Source: a virus (Duplodnaviria > Caudoviricetes). Taken from it: DNA of 64,000 nucleotides. The stretch covers positions 32,001 through 96,000 of the IMG/VR virus record IMGVR_UViG_3300028833_000098; one strand, given 5' to 3'. Made by a program: the position numbers and the translations under genes. Under the pieces are notes generated by a model. It saw only the letters and a list, made by a program, of their open reading frames with translations. It was not told where the DNA came from and searched no databases. How positions within the stretch are numbered: position 1 is the first letter of the stretch; each line of letters opens with the position of its first letter. Shown here piece by piece: positions 29,820 to 39,977 of the stretch.

Positions 29820-30869
29820 TTAGAAATCGAGATCATCACGTTTATTATCGGATGTATCTACTGTTGATGAACTATCAGGAAGATCCTTATCGCCACTATT
29901 TGTAGTGCCGTTATTACCACCTGACTTTGAGGAAGTGTTGGATGTGGATTTTTCATCATCTTCATCATCCTCAGATCCTTTATTTGCGCGTGTATCATAG
30001 TGATCGATCTTGGCTTTAAGATTTTTCATCTTAATATTGTACTTATCGATCATCTTTGTGTATCTATGTTCGATACGTTTCTTGCGCTGGGTTGCGGGAA
30101 TCTTCTTATATTCATCATAAGCTTTCTTTGCAGCTTCATACTCCTTGGAGATCTTCTCATATTGTTCGATCTTCTTATCATATGATCTGGAAAGGCATGC
30201 TGATATAAGTGATATAGGATTCAGCGAAGCAGCTGTTCTGAACACACCATTCAAAATACCGAATACACCTTCGATTACACCGACAACTGTATCTGCTGCT
30301 GCAGTAACAATACCAACTGATGCAGCTTCCTGAGTAATTGCATCGCCTTTTGGAGTAATGGGTTTATTCTTCTTAACAGCAGCTGCTGCCTTCTCATACA
30401 TCTTCAATACTTTCTGATCATAATCTTTTCCGTTTTTAGTTATGAACTCGAAACGAACCTTGTCATCATCAGAAAGATTGGTTGGTTCCTCATATACGAG
30501 ACCATTTTCTGTTGCCTTTGTGTAAGTGAAGATTGTCATCATTACTGATATCATGATGCGTATTCCGTTTGTAAAACATACCGCATATGCAGTATTCTTG
30601 TCATTCGGTTTAGCCATGTATTCACCTATCATTTTCTTCCATATAGGTTTATGCAATGATGCGAACATATCCTTTACACCGGTGATAACTTTTGTTGGTG
30701 CATTTTTAACACCATCACCAAGAGTCTTGACATCTTTTGATATAATATCATAACAAGGATGTTTGGTGATATCACCTTTCATCTTGTATTCATCACCGCT
30801 CTTGTTTTTGTATGTTCTTTTAACATTCTTCAATGTTATCTCAGTATACTTTTTGAACTTTTCATACAT
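29820..30869 (-). CDS. virion protein with coiled coil
   Basis: ITQE|A site, hydrophobic segment and coiled coil. Confidence 0.6.
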   Translation of the reverse strand: MYEKFKKYTEITLKNVKRTYKNKSGDEYKMKGDITKHPCYDIISKDVKTLGDGVKNAPTKVITGVKDMFASLHKPIWKKMIGEYMAKPNDKNTAYAVCFTNGIRIMISVMMTIFTYTKATENGLVYEEPTNLSDDDKVRFEFITKNGKDYDQKVLKMYEKAAAAVKKNKPITPKGDAITQEAASVGIVTAAADTVVGVIEGVFGILNGVFRTAASLNPISLISACLSRSYDKKIEQYEKISKEYEAAKKAYDEYKKIPATQRKKRIEHRYTKMIDKYNIKMKNLKAKIDHYDTRANKGSEDDEDDEKSTSNTSSKSGGNNGTTNSGDKDLPDSSSTVDTSDNKRDDLDF

Positions 30870-30890
30870 GATATTCTTACCCTCCCTTCA

Positions 30891-32606
30891 TCAAGCACCA
30901 AGCATCTTGAATACATCACGAGTCTTGGTACCAACAGTATCAAGTGTTGCAAGCTGTTTGTTTACAGCCGCAAGTGAATGTACATCATAGTCGCTATTCA
31001 TATCAGGAAGGAGAATCTTAATGGATTCACGATCTGTATCAATGATAATGAGTGACATGAGGAACAGTTCACCACAGAACTTCTTTGCTGCAGAAGGTTT
31101 GAGCAGATCAATATCTGTCTGAGCCTTGATGTTATCAACGTCAGTCTGTGTCATTATGATAGAAGCATTAGGGATCATACCATTCTGGAGATCACCTTTA
31201 CCCTGCTTATCCTTAATAAATACTTTGAATAGTGATTTTCCCTGAACAACAGCAGCAGCAGGAGCATCACCCTTCATATGCGCAAGTTCATATAGACGAC
31301 GATACCACTTTCTATTGGGATCACGTGAATCAGCAGCAGTCTGTTTCTTTTCCTTTATACGGAATACGAGATCCTTCAAGAACTTCAGTTCTCCTGCACG
31401 CCATTTAACCTTTCTGGAAATCTTATCCATTTCCTTAAGAGGATACTTGGCAACTTCAGGAAGAATTGAAGACTGTACCATACGAGTATGACACTTAACT
31501 CCGACAACATACTCGATAGGCTGGAGGGAATCATCCTTATTGAGCATATTGAGAGTTACCTTCATCAACAAGGGTTTCATAGTGTTCATCTTTTCACACA
31601 GCTTATCATTTACATATGATATGTTAGTGGTCTTAACACTCTGAAGAGCCTTTGTCTTTTCAAGAGAAAGATTGTCAGCCTTCCACTGGTCAACCTTTGT
31701 CTTTGCTTTAGCCTGTTTGATTCTATCGCCGGTTGTTGCGATGGTTTGGATTGAATTCGCAATATCACCAGGTGCCTTTGCAAGGTTATCGATTCCACTA
31801 GCTATTTGGTTGAATGCCTGTGAACGAGCTACGGGATGAGCCATATCGATTGTTCTTGCATCATGTGCCGATGGTCCTTCCAATCCATGATCAGTTGTAT
31901 AATTCATATATGTCATGAATGCATTTTCAGGACCATTTCCGACATCAACCTGATGACCGTTCAACATATTGAACAGCTGCTGACGTGTACCATATTGGAT
32001 ATCACCATTGGCATCAGTTTGGAATCTCCAAGGTATTTCAGGATCGCCATTGGCATCCAGTACAGGAAGAGGATACTGAGGTACAAGATCATTGACGGGT
32101 GCTTCCTGGAAGTAATGACTGAACTCTGACATTGGTTCATAGTCATATGCTTCATTGATAACCTTGGCATCCTTGTCTTCAATGGACAGAAGATCAAATT
32201 CAACCTTACAGTCCTCATTTATATATTCGGCATGACAAACATCATGCTGGTAAGTTGTATCTGTGTATTCGAGATACTTGTTTGTATTTGTTTTATAATC
32301 AGCAAACTGCATACCGCGTTTTACTGAATCAGCATCAATAACGGGATTAATGCTTATAGCCATCTGGAGATATGTTGCATAAACCTGTTCAAGCAATGAT
32401 ACAGTTGCTGTTGCATAGTCCATTGGAATTGTATTCGATACAAATACAGGAAACTCAAATAGATTTCCCTGTGCAGCTTTGACTATAGAACCTTTACGCT
32501 TGCTCTTTCTGAACTTTGAAGTTGCAGTGTCGACACGGTTTATATAGCCAACAGCTTCATCGTTAGCGGTAGCAAATCTTGATAAAACATCTACATCTTT
32601 TGCCAT
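30891..32606 (-). CDS. conserved-looking virion/head protein
   Basis: 571 aa with a YFQE|A site; SD GAAAGGTAG. Confidence 0.6.
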   Translation of the reverse strand: MAKDVDVLSRFATANDEAVGYINRVDTATSKFRKSKRKGSIVKAAQGNLFEFPVFVSNTIPMDYATATVSLLEQVYATYLQMAISINPVIDADSVKRGMQFADYKTNTNKYLEYTDTTYQHDVCHAEYINEDCKVEFDLLSIEDKDAKVINEAYDYEPMSEFSHYFQEAPVNDLVPQYPLPVLDANGDPEIPWRFQTDANGDIQYGTRQQLFNMLNGHQVDVGNGPENAFMTYMNYTTDHGLEGPSAHDARTIDMAHPVARSQAFNQIASGIDNLAKAPGDIANSIQTIATTGDRIKQAKAKTKVDQWKADNLSLEKTKALQSVKTTNISYVNDKLCEKMNTMKPLLMKVTLNMLNKDDSLQPIEYVVGVKCHTRMVQSSILPEVAKYPLKEMDKISRKVKWRAGELKFLKDLVFRIKEKKQTAADSRDPNRKWYRRLYELAHMKGDAPAAAVVQGKSLFKVFIKDKQGKGDLQNGMIPNASIIMTQTDVDNIKAQTDIDLLKPSAAKKFCGELFLMSLIIIDTDRESIKILLPDMNSDYDVHSLAAVNKQLATLDTVGTKTRDVFKMLGA

Positions 32607-32622
32607 TATATACACTACCTTT

Positions 32623-33198
32623 CTATTTTATTTTATTTAAACGCATAACGTTTCTGATTGAATCAGGCATTTCTTCCATATAAGTTATCGTTATCTCATA
32701 TCTCGGATTACAAGAATAATACTTATTGGATATGGATTCAATTATCAAGCAGTCGTTTTCCATGATTCCAACATGACCACGTTTTTCATTCGGTTGTAAC
32801 ATATCGTAGATCGCTTTGTCGTAGTTATCAACATCACCAGTATTTACCCATGGACGAAGTATTCCCATCTCAGCCAATATGGTTTGTGTTTTGGTAAATG
32901 AAACAGGTGTCTTACAAAAAATATTAGATTCAATCTTACACGGTGTATCAATGAATAAACCGTGTAGCAACGGTCTAACCTTTTTGTCAAAGAAAGATTG
33001 GTTCTTTGCAGCACCTGGTACGTAAACACGATAGCCACACAAACGTGGACGGTGTGATGGTACCGGAATCATAGGAATAGTAAACTTCACTTTTTTCCAT
33101 TTGATGTTTGTATATACCGCCAAGATTGACGATACGTTTTGTTGTACAGAAGTAGAGGCACTCTTTACGAGTGCCTCAACCGTTTCTTTATTATGCAT
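32623..33198 (-). CDS. rusA: RusA-family Holliday junction resolvase
   Basis: PVPSHRPR, GDVDNYDKAIYDML and ENDCLI match the RusA catalytic D-x-DN-x-x-K...D pattern. Confidence 0.8.
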   Translation of the reverse strand: MHNKETVEALVKSASTSVQQNVSSILAVYTNIKWKKVKFTIPMIPVPSHRPRLCGYRVYVPGAAKNQSFFDKKVRPLLHGLFIDTPCKIESNIFCKTPVSFTKTQTILAEMGILRPWVNTGDVDNYDKAIYDMLQPNEKRGHVGIMENDCLIIESISNKYYSCNPRYEITITYMEEMPDSIRNVMRLNKIK

Positions 33199-33209
33199 AA
33201 TTACTCCTA

Positions 33210-34514
33210 TTAGTTAGCATAGATGCGATAGCTGAAGATGATTTTCAGATTAGACTGAAGAGGTATTGATTTGAAAGTGTAATATGTAACCAGCTTTATT
33301 CTTTGTGCTTCATCAACAGTGAGTGATGAAAATGCTTCATCACTAAGCAGGTTGATATAGTTGTCAGTCTCATATACATATGTCTGACTCTGGTTATACA
33401 TTGCTGCAACCTTTATATTCTCTTTAGAGGAAAGCTCCTCCTTTATTGTATCATAATCAATTGAACCAACGGATGATGTTACAACACCATCGATCGTTTC
33501 AATGAACGCATCTATATTTGCCTGTCCCTTGTTCTTAAGTGTTGCTGATAATACTGTAGAGATCTCTCTAGCAAGATCGATAACTTCAGTATCATATGCC
33601 TCGGTTGTTGTCTGAGGAGCACCGAATACCATGTTCAAGAATTTCTTGATATGTGTATCATACAACCTTTCAGCGATTGATCTATCACCAGGAATGACAT
33701 CGAATGCAACAAGACCGAGTTCATTTACAACTGCGGATTGTGTATTTCCTTCATTTTCGAAGTATCCTATACAATCACCATTTTTAGTATCAATTGATAA
33801 TGTAACTTCAGCATATGTTTCAATACGATTTGTCTTTGGTGTTGCCGAAGGTGCAGGACCGAGATCAGACTGTGTGATGGGATCAATGTAATCCCATCTT
33901 TGTCCATCTTTCCACCAGTTATGGAAGACATGTGCACGTTCATCGAATTTCTTGATGTAGTACTTCTTGTCACCATCATATCTGAATACACCGAGATATT
34001 TTCCAGCCAGTGAAGGATCAAGTGAATCAGTTGTCTGTTGGAAAGGTATTGGATTACGAAGTTTGGTAAAACAGTAGTTGGTGTTCTTTGTTGATATTGA
34101 ATCTTCTCCAGAACCACCATTACCAACTAAGAAACCCTGAATGAAATGGTCTGCTGTGATATCACCAACCATTGGTGTATATCCACCGGCGTCTGTTGCA
34201 GCTTCAGGGTCTCTTCCTATACCAAGACCGAGAGGCAGATTTGAATTCAGATCAGGTATAACCACAGATGTGTCCTGACCAATATCTTCATATGAGGATG
34301 ATGGATCATGTTTAGAATCAAGATGAAGACCAAACATTTTCATCAGTATCCACTGCATACCTGATATCGGGATTATATTATCGCCTTCATCCCAAAGAGA
34401 TCTCTTCTTTGTGACAGGATCTTCGATCTCAATCTTTATGTGTCCTCTAAGTCCTATGTGATTTTCTTTATCTTTGAAAGATAATGAGTCATCAATATGA
34501 AACATATTGTCCAT
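33210..34514 (-). CDS. putative baseplate/tail-fibre attachment protein
   Basis: GDNIIPISG, FLVGNGG and VNELGLVA motifs are typical of baseplate/tail N-terminal domains. Confidence 0.5.
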   Translation of the reverse strand: MDNMFHIDDSLSFKDKENHIGLRGHIKIEIEDPVTKKRSLWDEGDNIIPISGMQWILMKMFGLHLDSKHDPSSSYEDIGQDTSVVIPDLNSNLPLGLGIGRDPEAATDAGGYTPMVGDITADHFIQGFLVGNGGSGEDSISTKNTNYCFTKLRNPIPFQQTTDSLDPSLAGKYLGVFRYDGDKKYYIKKFDERAHVFHNWWKDGQRWDYIDPITQSDLGPAPSATPKTNRIETYAEVTLSIDTKNGDCIGYFENEGNTQSAVVNELGLVAFDVIPGDRSIAERLYDTHIKKFLNMVFGAPQTTTEAYDTEVIDLAREISTVLSATLKNKGQANIDAFIETIDGVVTSSVGSIDYDTIKEELSSKENIKVAAMYNQSQTYVYETDNYINLLSDEAFSSLTVDEAQRIKLVTYYTFKSIPLQSNLKIIFSYRIYAN

Positions 34515-34534
34515 TTATTATAACCTCCTTATGT

Positions 34535-35221
34535 TCATAAAGTAGATTGGCCACTATCTGATTGACCAACCACATATTCTGGACGAGTAGAATATATGCA
34601 TGTCGCTTCTATTGATTTCACCCAGAATTCATTTCCTTGAGGGTTTATATCAGAATCATATAATATATTTGTGATCATTAATATTACTTTTGTTTCTTGA
34701 GAATTATTCCCTATACGCTTACCATCTTCTGCAGCGATTTTATATGGAGACTGTGTCCAATCAACCGATCGGAATGTGGGACCTGTTACGAGTTGTATCA
34801 GCTCACCATTGAATGGTTGGAATGAAGTCCAGTTACTACCTTTTGCAGATAGAGGGAAATCGATCTCATTGCATACGTCAGACATTGTTTTGACAGTTGA
34901 TGTATATGCTATTTGAGTTTCACTTCTACTACCAGCTTTGAATAATCCGAATGTAAATATTAGACCAGTGACATCACGGTTGATATCAACAAAATCATCG
35001 ATTCTTGGATGTCCTGGATATGTTCCTGGTCCAGGTTCGGTTGACCAGTTATCAGAAGAAGAACCCGATTTACCAGTAAGATCATCAACATGTAGTCCTT
35101 TCTGACCATCAGTTCCGGTATCAATTATTTGAATATTGTCACCGGCGTATCTTACTGACAATTTGTTATTCTGATCAAATCCTAATCCATCGCCAACATT
35201 CAGTTTTAACTGATATTTCAT
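34535..35221 (-). CDS. tail fibre-associated protein
   Basis: N-terminal GDGLGFDQNNKLSV shaft-type repeat. Confidence 0.5.
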   Translation of the reverse strand: MKYQLKLNVGDGLGFDQNNKLSVRYAGDNIQIIDTGTDGQKGLHVDDLTGKSGSSSDNWSTEPGPGTYPGHPRIDDFVDINRDVTGLIFTFGLFKAGSRSETQIAYTSTVKTMSDVCNEIDFPLSAKGSNWTSFQPFNGELIQLVTGPTFRSVDWTQSPYKIAAEDGKRIGNNSQETKVILMITNILYDSDINPQGNEFWVKSIEATCIYSTRPEYVVGQSDSGQSTL

Positions 35222-35601
35222 TATTGACCACCTCCTGCGTTAATCATATAATATGCAACGCAATCAGAAGCGATTGTATTTCCTGATAACTTTGATATTA
35301 CAACACCATCATTTGCACGAATAAATTCAGATTGTCCTTCATACTTTTTATGACGAGATACAGTTGAATTCATTCCAACAATATCCAATGGAGTAGACAT
35401 ATCGTTGTTATCAGCTGGACCTATGCAGTTTCCAGGAATATTAAATATCCCGGATCCAGATGAGGATCCGGGAGTTGCAATCAGATTACCAGAGGAATCA
35501 AATGATAAACCCTGGTTCTCTGCAGATGATAACTTAAGCTTCATAGCTCCATGTTCATCAAATGTTATAGTATTTGAATCAACAGTTACTTGAAGTATCA
35601 T
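35221..35601 (-). CDS. tail fibre-associated protein
   Basis: QGLSFDSSGNL repeat; translationally coupled to the next gene. Confidence 0.5.
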   Translation of the reverse strand: MILQVTVDSNTITFDEHGAMKLKLSSAENQGLSFDSSGNLIATPGSSSGSGIFNIPGNCIGPADNNDMSTPLDIVGMNSTVSRHKKYEGQSEFIRANDGVVISKLSGNTIASDCVAYYMINAGGGQ

Positions 35602-35612
35602 TTAATCCCTCC

Positions 35613-36080
35613 TTAGTTACATGATGCATCAGCCGGTACAGTAGCAACAACTGATGATGCAAGTGTTACATTAGTACCAGATGTTTTTAAAATAACATAA
35701 TACTTGTATACATTGTTCTCGGTGTCGAGTACACGGAACATATCACCAGGTAATATTATATCACATGGACGAATTGATATATCACTACCATCAGCTTGTG
35801 TACATGTAAAAGTACGATGTACTATGTCCGGTGCAACAACACGTTTTGGATATGATGTTGAACTGGTTGTTGATGTTATTCCAACCTGAATACCATTGTT
35901 TGACCGATAGTTATCAGGGAAACCATCCGTACCAGATCCAGGTTTTTGTTCTGCGTACAAGCCATCCTCTTTAACAACCAATGCTGTTTTGTCACCATCT
36001 TTCAAAGATCGTCTTATACGTAATTCACGATTTGAATTACGTTCAATTGAAAGATTGTAATTTACTTTGAGTTCAGGCAT
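35613..36080 (-). CDS. tail fibre-associated protein
   Basis: ALVVKEDGLYA motif and SD GAGGAGGT. Confidence 0.5.
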   Translation of the reverse strand: MPELKVNYNLSIERNSNRELRIRRSLKDGDKTALVVKEDGLYAEQKPGSGTDGFPDNYRSNNGIQVGITSTTSSTSYPKRVVAPDIVHRTFTCTQADGSDISIRPCDIILPGDMFRVLDTENNVYKYYVILKTSGTNVTLASSVVATVPADASCN

Positions 36081-36100
36081 ATCTTATGTACACCTCCTCA

Positions 36101-39100
36101 TTATGGTTCATCGGTCGGTTCGGGATCAGGTACAAGTATCAAACCAGGGCCAAGAGTAATTGTAACAGGCGATGTTCCATTGTATTCAATGTTGTTTGTT
36201 CCATCAGTGATAGTGAGGAGTTCTCCACCTCCACCTCCGCCGGCGTAATTTGGTGAGATTTTGAGATTACCCTCTTCATCTATACAGAGTTCACCATTAT
36301 CGGTGACATCCTGATATTTCGATAATCTTACACCAAGAACATTGTTGCTATAAATACGCAAACCTTTTGATCCAGAACCTGTTGAATCGAATTGTTGACG
36401 ACCATTCTCTGTTGTTGAATCATATTCACTGTTCTCATTGACTCTGACACCAAGGAATCCATTTGTATTGAATCTGAGTCCTCCATTGTAATATGGACTG
36501 AATGCCTCATCGAAATCTGGATCTGTTGATTTTGTACCATTTGAATAGTCATATATCTTAACAGATACAGATGGTTTGAATTGTCCAGATGTTGAAGAAG
36601 TTATACCCTGGAACTCATTCAGATTTATATCGAGACCAGGCATGAATGAACCATCTTCTGCAGTTGAGAATTGACGTACATAACATGGATCGCCAGCTTC
36701 ATCAGAAGATATGATACCATATTCTTCTTTGATGAATCTTTGCCATGCTTGAAGAGCTGTCTCACCAGGTCTAATGTATCCATCACCGGTACCATTCAGA
36801 GCGTAATATTTTAATACACCTGAAGCGTCAACTGCATTAACATTTCCATCATGAGTAATATCTAGGGTGCCAAGCAGTTGTGATGTTAAATCAAGTATTG
36901 GTGATATCTCGTAGGTAAGTGTCGACGAATTGTAATGTGCTTCATATGTAACATGGTAATATCTTCCATTATACATATCTTCAGGACGTTCAGTCATATC
37001 GGTATATCTCTTACCATCAACATAGTCTATTCGATGTATATAATTCGGGTCACTATAGAAAATTCCGTTATTAAGATATCCTTGAATTGCCGTTTGTTCA
37101 GCAGCATATACTGCAAGAATTTGGGATGCCTGTACAGCGGTTACTGGTGAATGAAGAAGTGGGAAGTCGACAATTTCAGGAACTCTCCATGTATATGCCG
37201 ACACAACTATCTCCATAGTATCTCCGTTTATTGCTTCAACAACATATACCTTGTTTGTTTCACCAGGATTCGGAAGAGATGCATATGACGGATAGTATTG
37301 ATACATTGGTTCATATGTGGATTCCGATGCATTCCATACATAACGTTTCTTTTTGTCTGCGTCAAAGTAGATTACTTCATTTTCACCATTAACAGGGAAT
37401 GATTCTACACTGGGATATTCCTGTGTTACCCAACCCTTGAAATAGATATGTGGTGCTATTGAATTTTCATCAGCATTCTTTATTTCCAATGGATTGGTAT
37501 ATGTTTTTGATTCCCTGTAGAGCTGTATTCCAACGACATTGTCATTCGAAATACCAACTGCGGCACTACCGAGACGTGGAACAATTTCTCTACTATTGAC
37601 ACGAAGACCTATTGATGAAACATAATCTGATGATGATCCAGGTGTGATGTATCTCAATCCACCATATAACGATCTTGCAATGGTATGTGTGTTTACATCA
37701 GGATCAGAGAAATTCACATCGAATATTGATGGTGTCACGAATCCATAGTTTTTATCAACAACGACATATTGATTTATCTCATAACAGTAATTCTTTTGCG
37801 AAATTCTGTCATAATAGAAACCAAAGTTGGTTGGTGTTATTGGATCAGAATATGTTTCACCATCATATGTCTCATAGAATATATTCTCGTGATAGTAACC
37901 CGGTGTCGCATTGGATATTCCTTCGTATACATTTACACCAAACCTGTTGAACTTGGACATTCTCATTCCAAGGCCCTTGTTTATTGTAAGACCTGGAGTT
38001 ATTTTCAATGCTCCATCCACACCTTCTGTGGTTGTTAGACCTCCACCAAGTTGATTATACCATGGCAATTGTCTAAGTGATTCAATCTTGGATATCTTTA
38101 CTCCAAGTTTATTATCACCTGCATCACCAAGTGAGAAATCATCAACTCTCACATTGATCTTACCACCATCATAGTATCCGGATGCAAGTTTTGCTGAAGC
38201 ATCGTCACCAACATTTGTACCTATCTCAAGGAAGTTACCAACGTTTACGGCGAGACCACCTGATGATGACATATCACCTGATCCATCGATAGGTGTACTC
38301 AAATTATCAGATGTATCATTGTCAGATTTACCCAATAGAGAATTGGTGATAGCCTCTGAATCTTTGATTATCCTTAAACCTGACATGTTGTATGCATTCT
38401 TATCAGAAGCAGACATCTTCTTGAGTAAGTTAATACCAAGAAATGATTCTGTTGTTAACGATTGTGATACCGTTGGTACGGAAACAGGCCAGTTTGTTAT
38501 TGGACTATTACGGTCCGTGAATGAATTGTAAGGTATAACATTCAATGAGAAATCGGGTGCAATAAAAGTACCGTTTGATTTTCTTAAAGTATTATGAGTT
38601 TCGCCGATCGGTGTTACTGTATAATGCTCTTTACTGATAGCTATACTAGGATTCTCAAAACTTGCATTGTTAAATGCATTAAGACCTGATATGTTATCAG
38701 TAACATTGTTTGAATCTATCTTACCATGGATAAGATCTATACCTATCATTGATGATTGAACATCCATAGATGATGTATGTGTATCATAATACTTGAGGCC
38801 CATACCAACATAAGGCTTTATGGTAAAGAACTCAACCGTATATTTAGACCCTTCAACTGATGCGTCGTATACCGTTGTGACTCTGCCTATACAAGACTCC
38901 CTACAAACATAATCAGTATCGAGGTTTTGTTTAAGGGTACCGTCTGCGGTTCTGTAATTTTCATCAGAGAAACTCGTGAGTATCAGATCATTAACTTTGA
39001 AAGTTTGAGCTGTTTTAGCAGTACCAATCTCGTTACCATTGATCTTTATAAGAATATCCTTTGTATCCGATGACTGTTCATCATCTACATATAAAAGACC

Positions 39101-39829
39101 ATCTGCACCCTCACCTGTTGCGCCATATACACCATCGAAGAAGAATACTTCAGGAGCAATTTTTGATTTATCTATGTACAAACCATTCATTGCTTTTGAC
39201 GCACTCTCTTCATACAGTTTTAGAGCGTCTTCACCATTTCTGATGTTTACACCAAGACCTCCACCACGTAAATCTTTTCCGTTAACACTTTCGTCGTATA
39301 TCAACGATGCATCAGTGTAACCAACTACGTTTATAGGTAACATGCTTAAAGCAATAATGTTTTCAGCAGTATCCCAATATGTATAGCCTATATATGATTT
39401 ACGATCACTATTTGAATATGATTTGATATAGAATGGAATGTTTGCATGACCTTTGTCATGTGACCATGATTCCATTTCAAGACTGAGATCAGCAATTGTA
39501 TCAAATAGCATTAATCTCTTGATACCGAACTCCGCAGCAAGTTCATCAATAACCCAATCTTTTATTGTTGAGAACGAGACATTGGTAACATTACCAAGGC
39601 CGACATCAGCTGCTGTTATTACAACAACACCGTCTCTACCATTTACAGAATTAACAATACGAGAAAGTGTGTTGTTAATAGCCTGCCACATCTTTTCGAT
39701 TGTTATGCTAAGAGGTACTCCAGCACTTTCGTCATCAACGGATTTTGTGTTAGTGATAGGGTTTATATCAGATAGAGCAACACCATCACCAACGATTTCT
39801 TCACGTTTTAACTGAATACGATCCTGCAT
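36101..39829 (-). CDS. tail fibre protein containing a split dockerin
   Basis: NSVNGRDGVVVITAADVGLGNV fibre motif and GL-type shaft repeats. Contains dockerin repeat DITHDGNVNAVDASGVLKYYA. Start follows AAAGGAGTG. Confidence 0.7.
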   Translation of the reverse strand: MQDRIQLKREEIVGDGVALSDINPITNTKSVDDESAGVPLSITIEKMWQAINNTLSRIVNSVNGRDGVVVITAADVGLGNVTNVSFSTIKDWVIDELAAEFGIKRLMLFDTIADLSLEMESWSHDKGHANIPFYIKSYSNSDRKSYIGYTYWDTAENIIALSMLPINVVGYTDASLIYDESVNGKDLRGGGLGVNIRNGEDALKLYEESASKAMNGLYIDKSKIAPEVFFFDGVYGATGEGADGLLYVDDEQSSDTKDILIKINGNEIGTAKTAQTFKVNDLILTSFSDENYRTADGTLKQNLDTDYVCRESCIGRVTTVYDASVEGSKYTVEFFTIKPYVGMGLKYYDTHTSSMDVQSSMIGIDLIHGKIDSNNVTDNISGLNAFNNASFENPSIAISKEHYTVTPIGETHNTLRKSNGTFIAPDFSLNVIPYNSFTDRNSPITNWPVSVPTVSQSLTTESFLGINLLKKMSASDKNAYNMSGLRIIKDSEAITNSLLGKSDNDTSDNLSTPIDGSGDMSSSGGLAVNVGNFLEIGTNVGDDASAKLASGYYDGGKINVRVDDFSLGDAGDNKLGVKISKIESLRQLPWYNQLGGGLTTTEGVDGALKITPGLTINKGLGMRMSKFNRFGVNVYEGISNATPGYYHENIFYETYDGETYSDPITPTNFGFYYDRISQKNYCYEINQYVVVDKNYGFVTPSIFDVNFSDPDVNTHTIARSLYGGLRYITPGSSSDYVSSIGLRVNSREIVPRLGSAAVGISNDNVVGIQLYRESKTYTNPLEIKNADENSIAPHIYFKGWVTQEYPSVESFPVNGENEVIYFDADKKKRYVWNASESTYEPMYQYYPSYASLPNPGETNKVYVVEAINGDTMEIVVSAYTWRVPEIVDFPLLHSPVTAVQASQILAVYAAEQTAIQGYLNNGIFYSDPNYIHRIDYVDGKRYTDMTERPEDMYNGRYYHVTYEAHYNSSTLTYEISPILDLTSQLLGTLDITHDGNVNAVDASGVLKYYALNGTGDGYIRPGETALQAWQRFIKEEYGIISSDEAGDPCYVRQFSTAEDGSFMPGLDINLNEFQGITSSTSGQFKPSVSVKIYDYSNGTKSTDPDFDEAFSPYYNGGLRFNTNGFLGVRVNENSEYDSTTENGRQQFDSTGSGSKGLRIYSNNVLGVRLSKYQDVTDNGELCIDEEGNLKISPNYAGGGGGGELLTITDGTNNIEYNGTSPVTITLGPGLILVPDPEPTDEP

Positions 39830-39977
39830 TATTTTCACTCCTTTATGAAATAAATAATTATGGTTGATATAATTCTCGACCAAACCATAATGTATGTTTT
39901 AACCATTTACAGGTAAACTTACCTCGAGGTTTCTTATACATATATAATACAAATGATTTTTGATAGGAGGCATTTTT

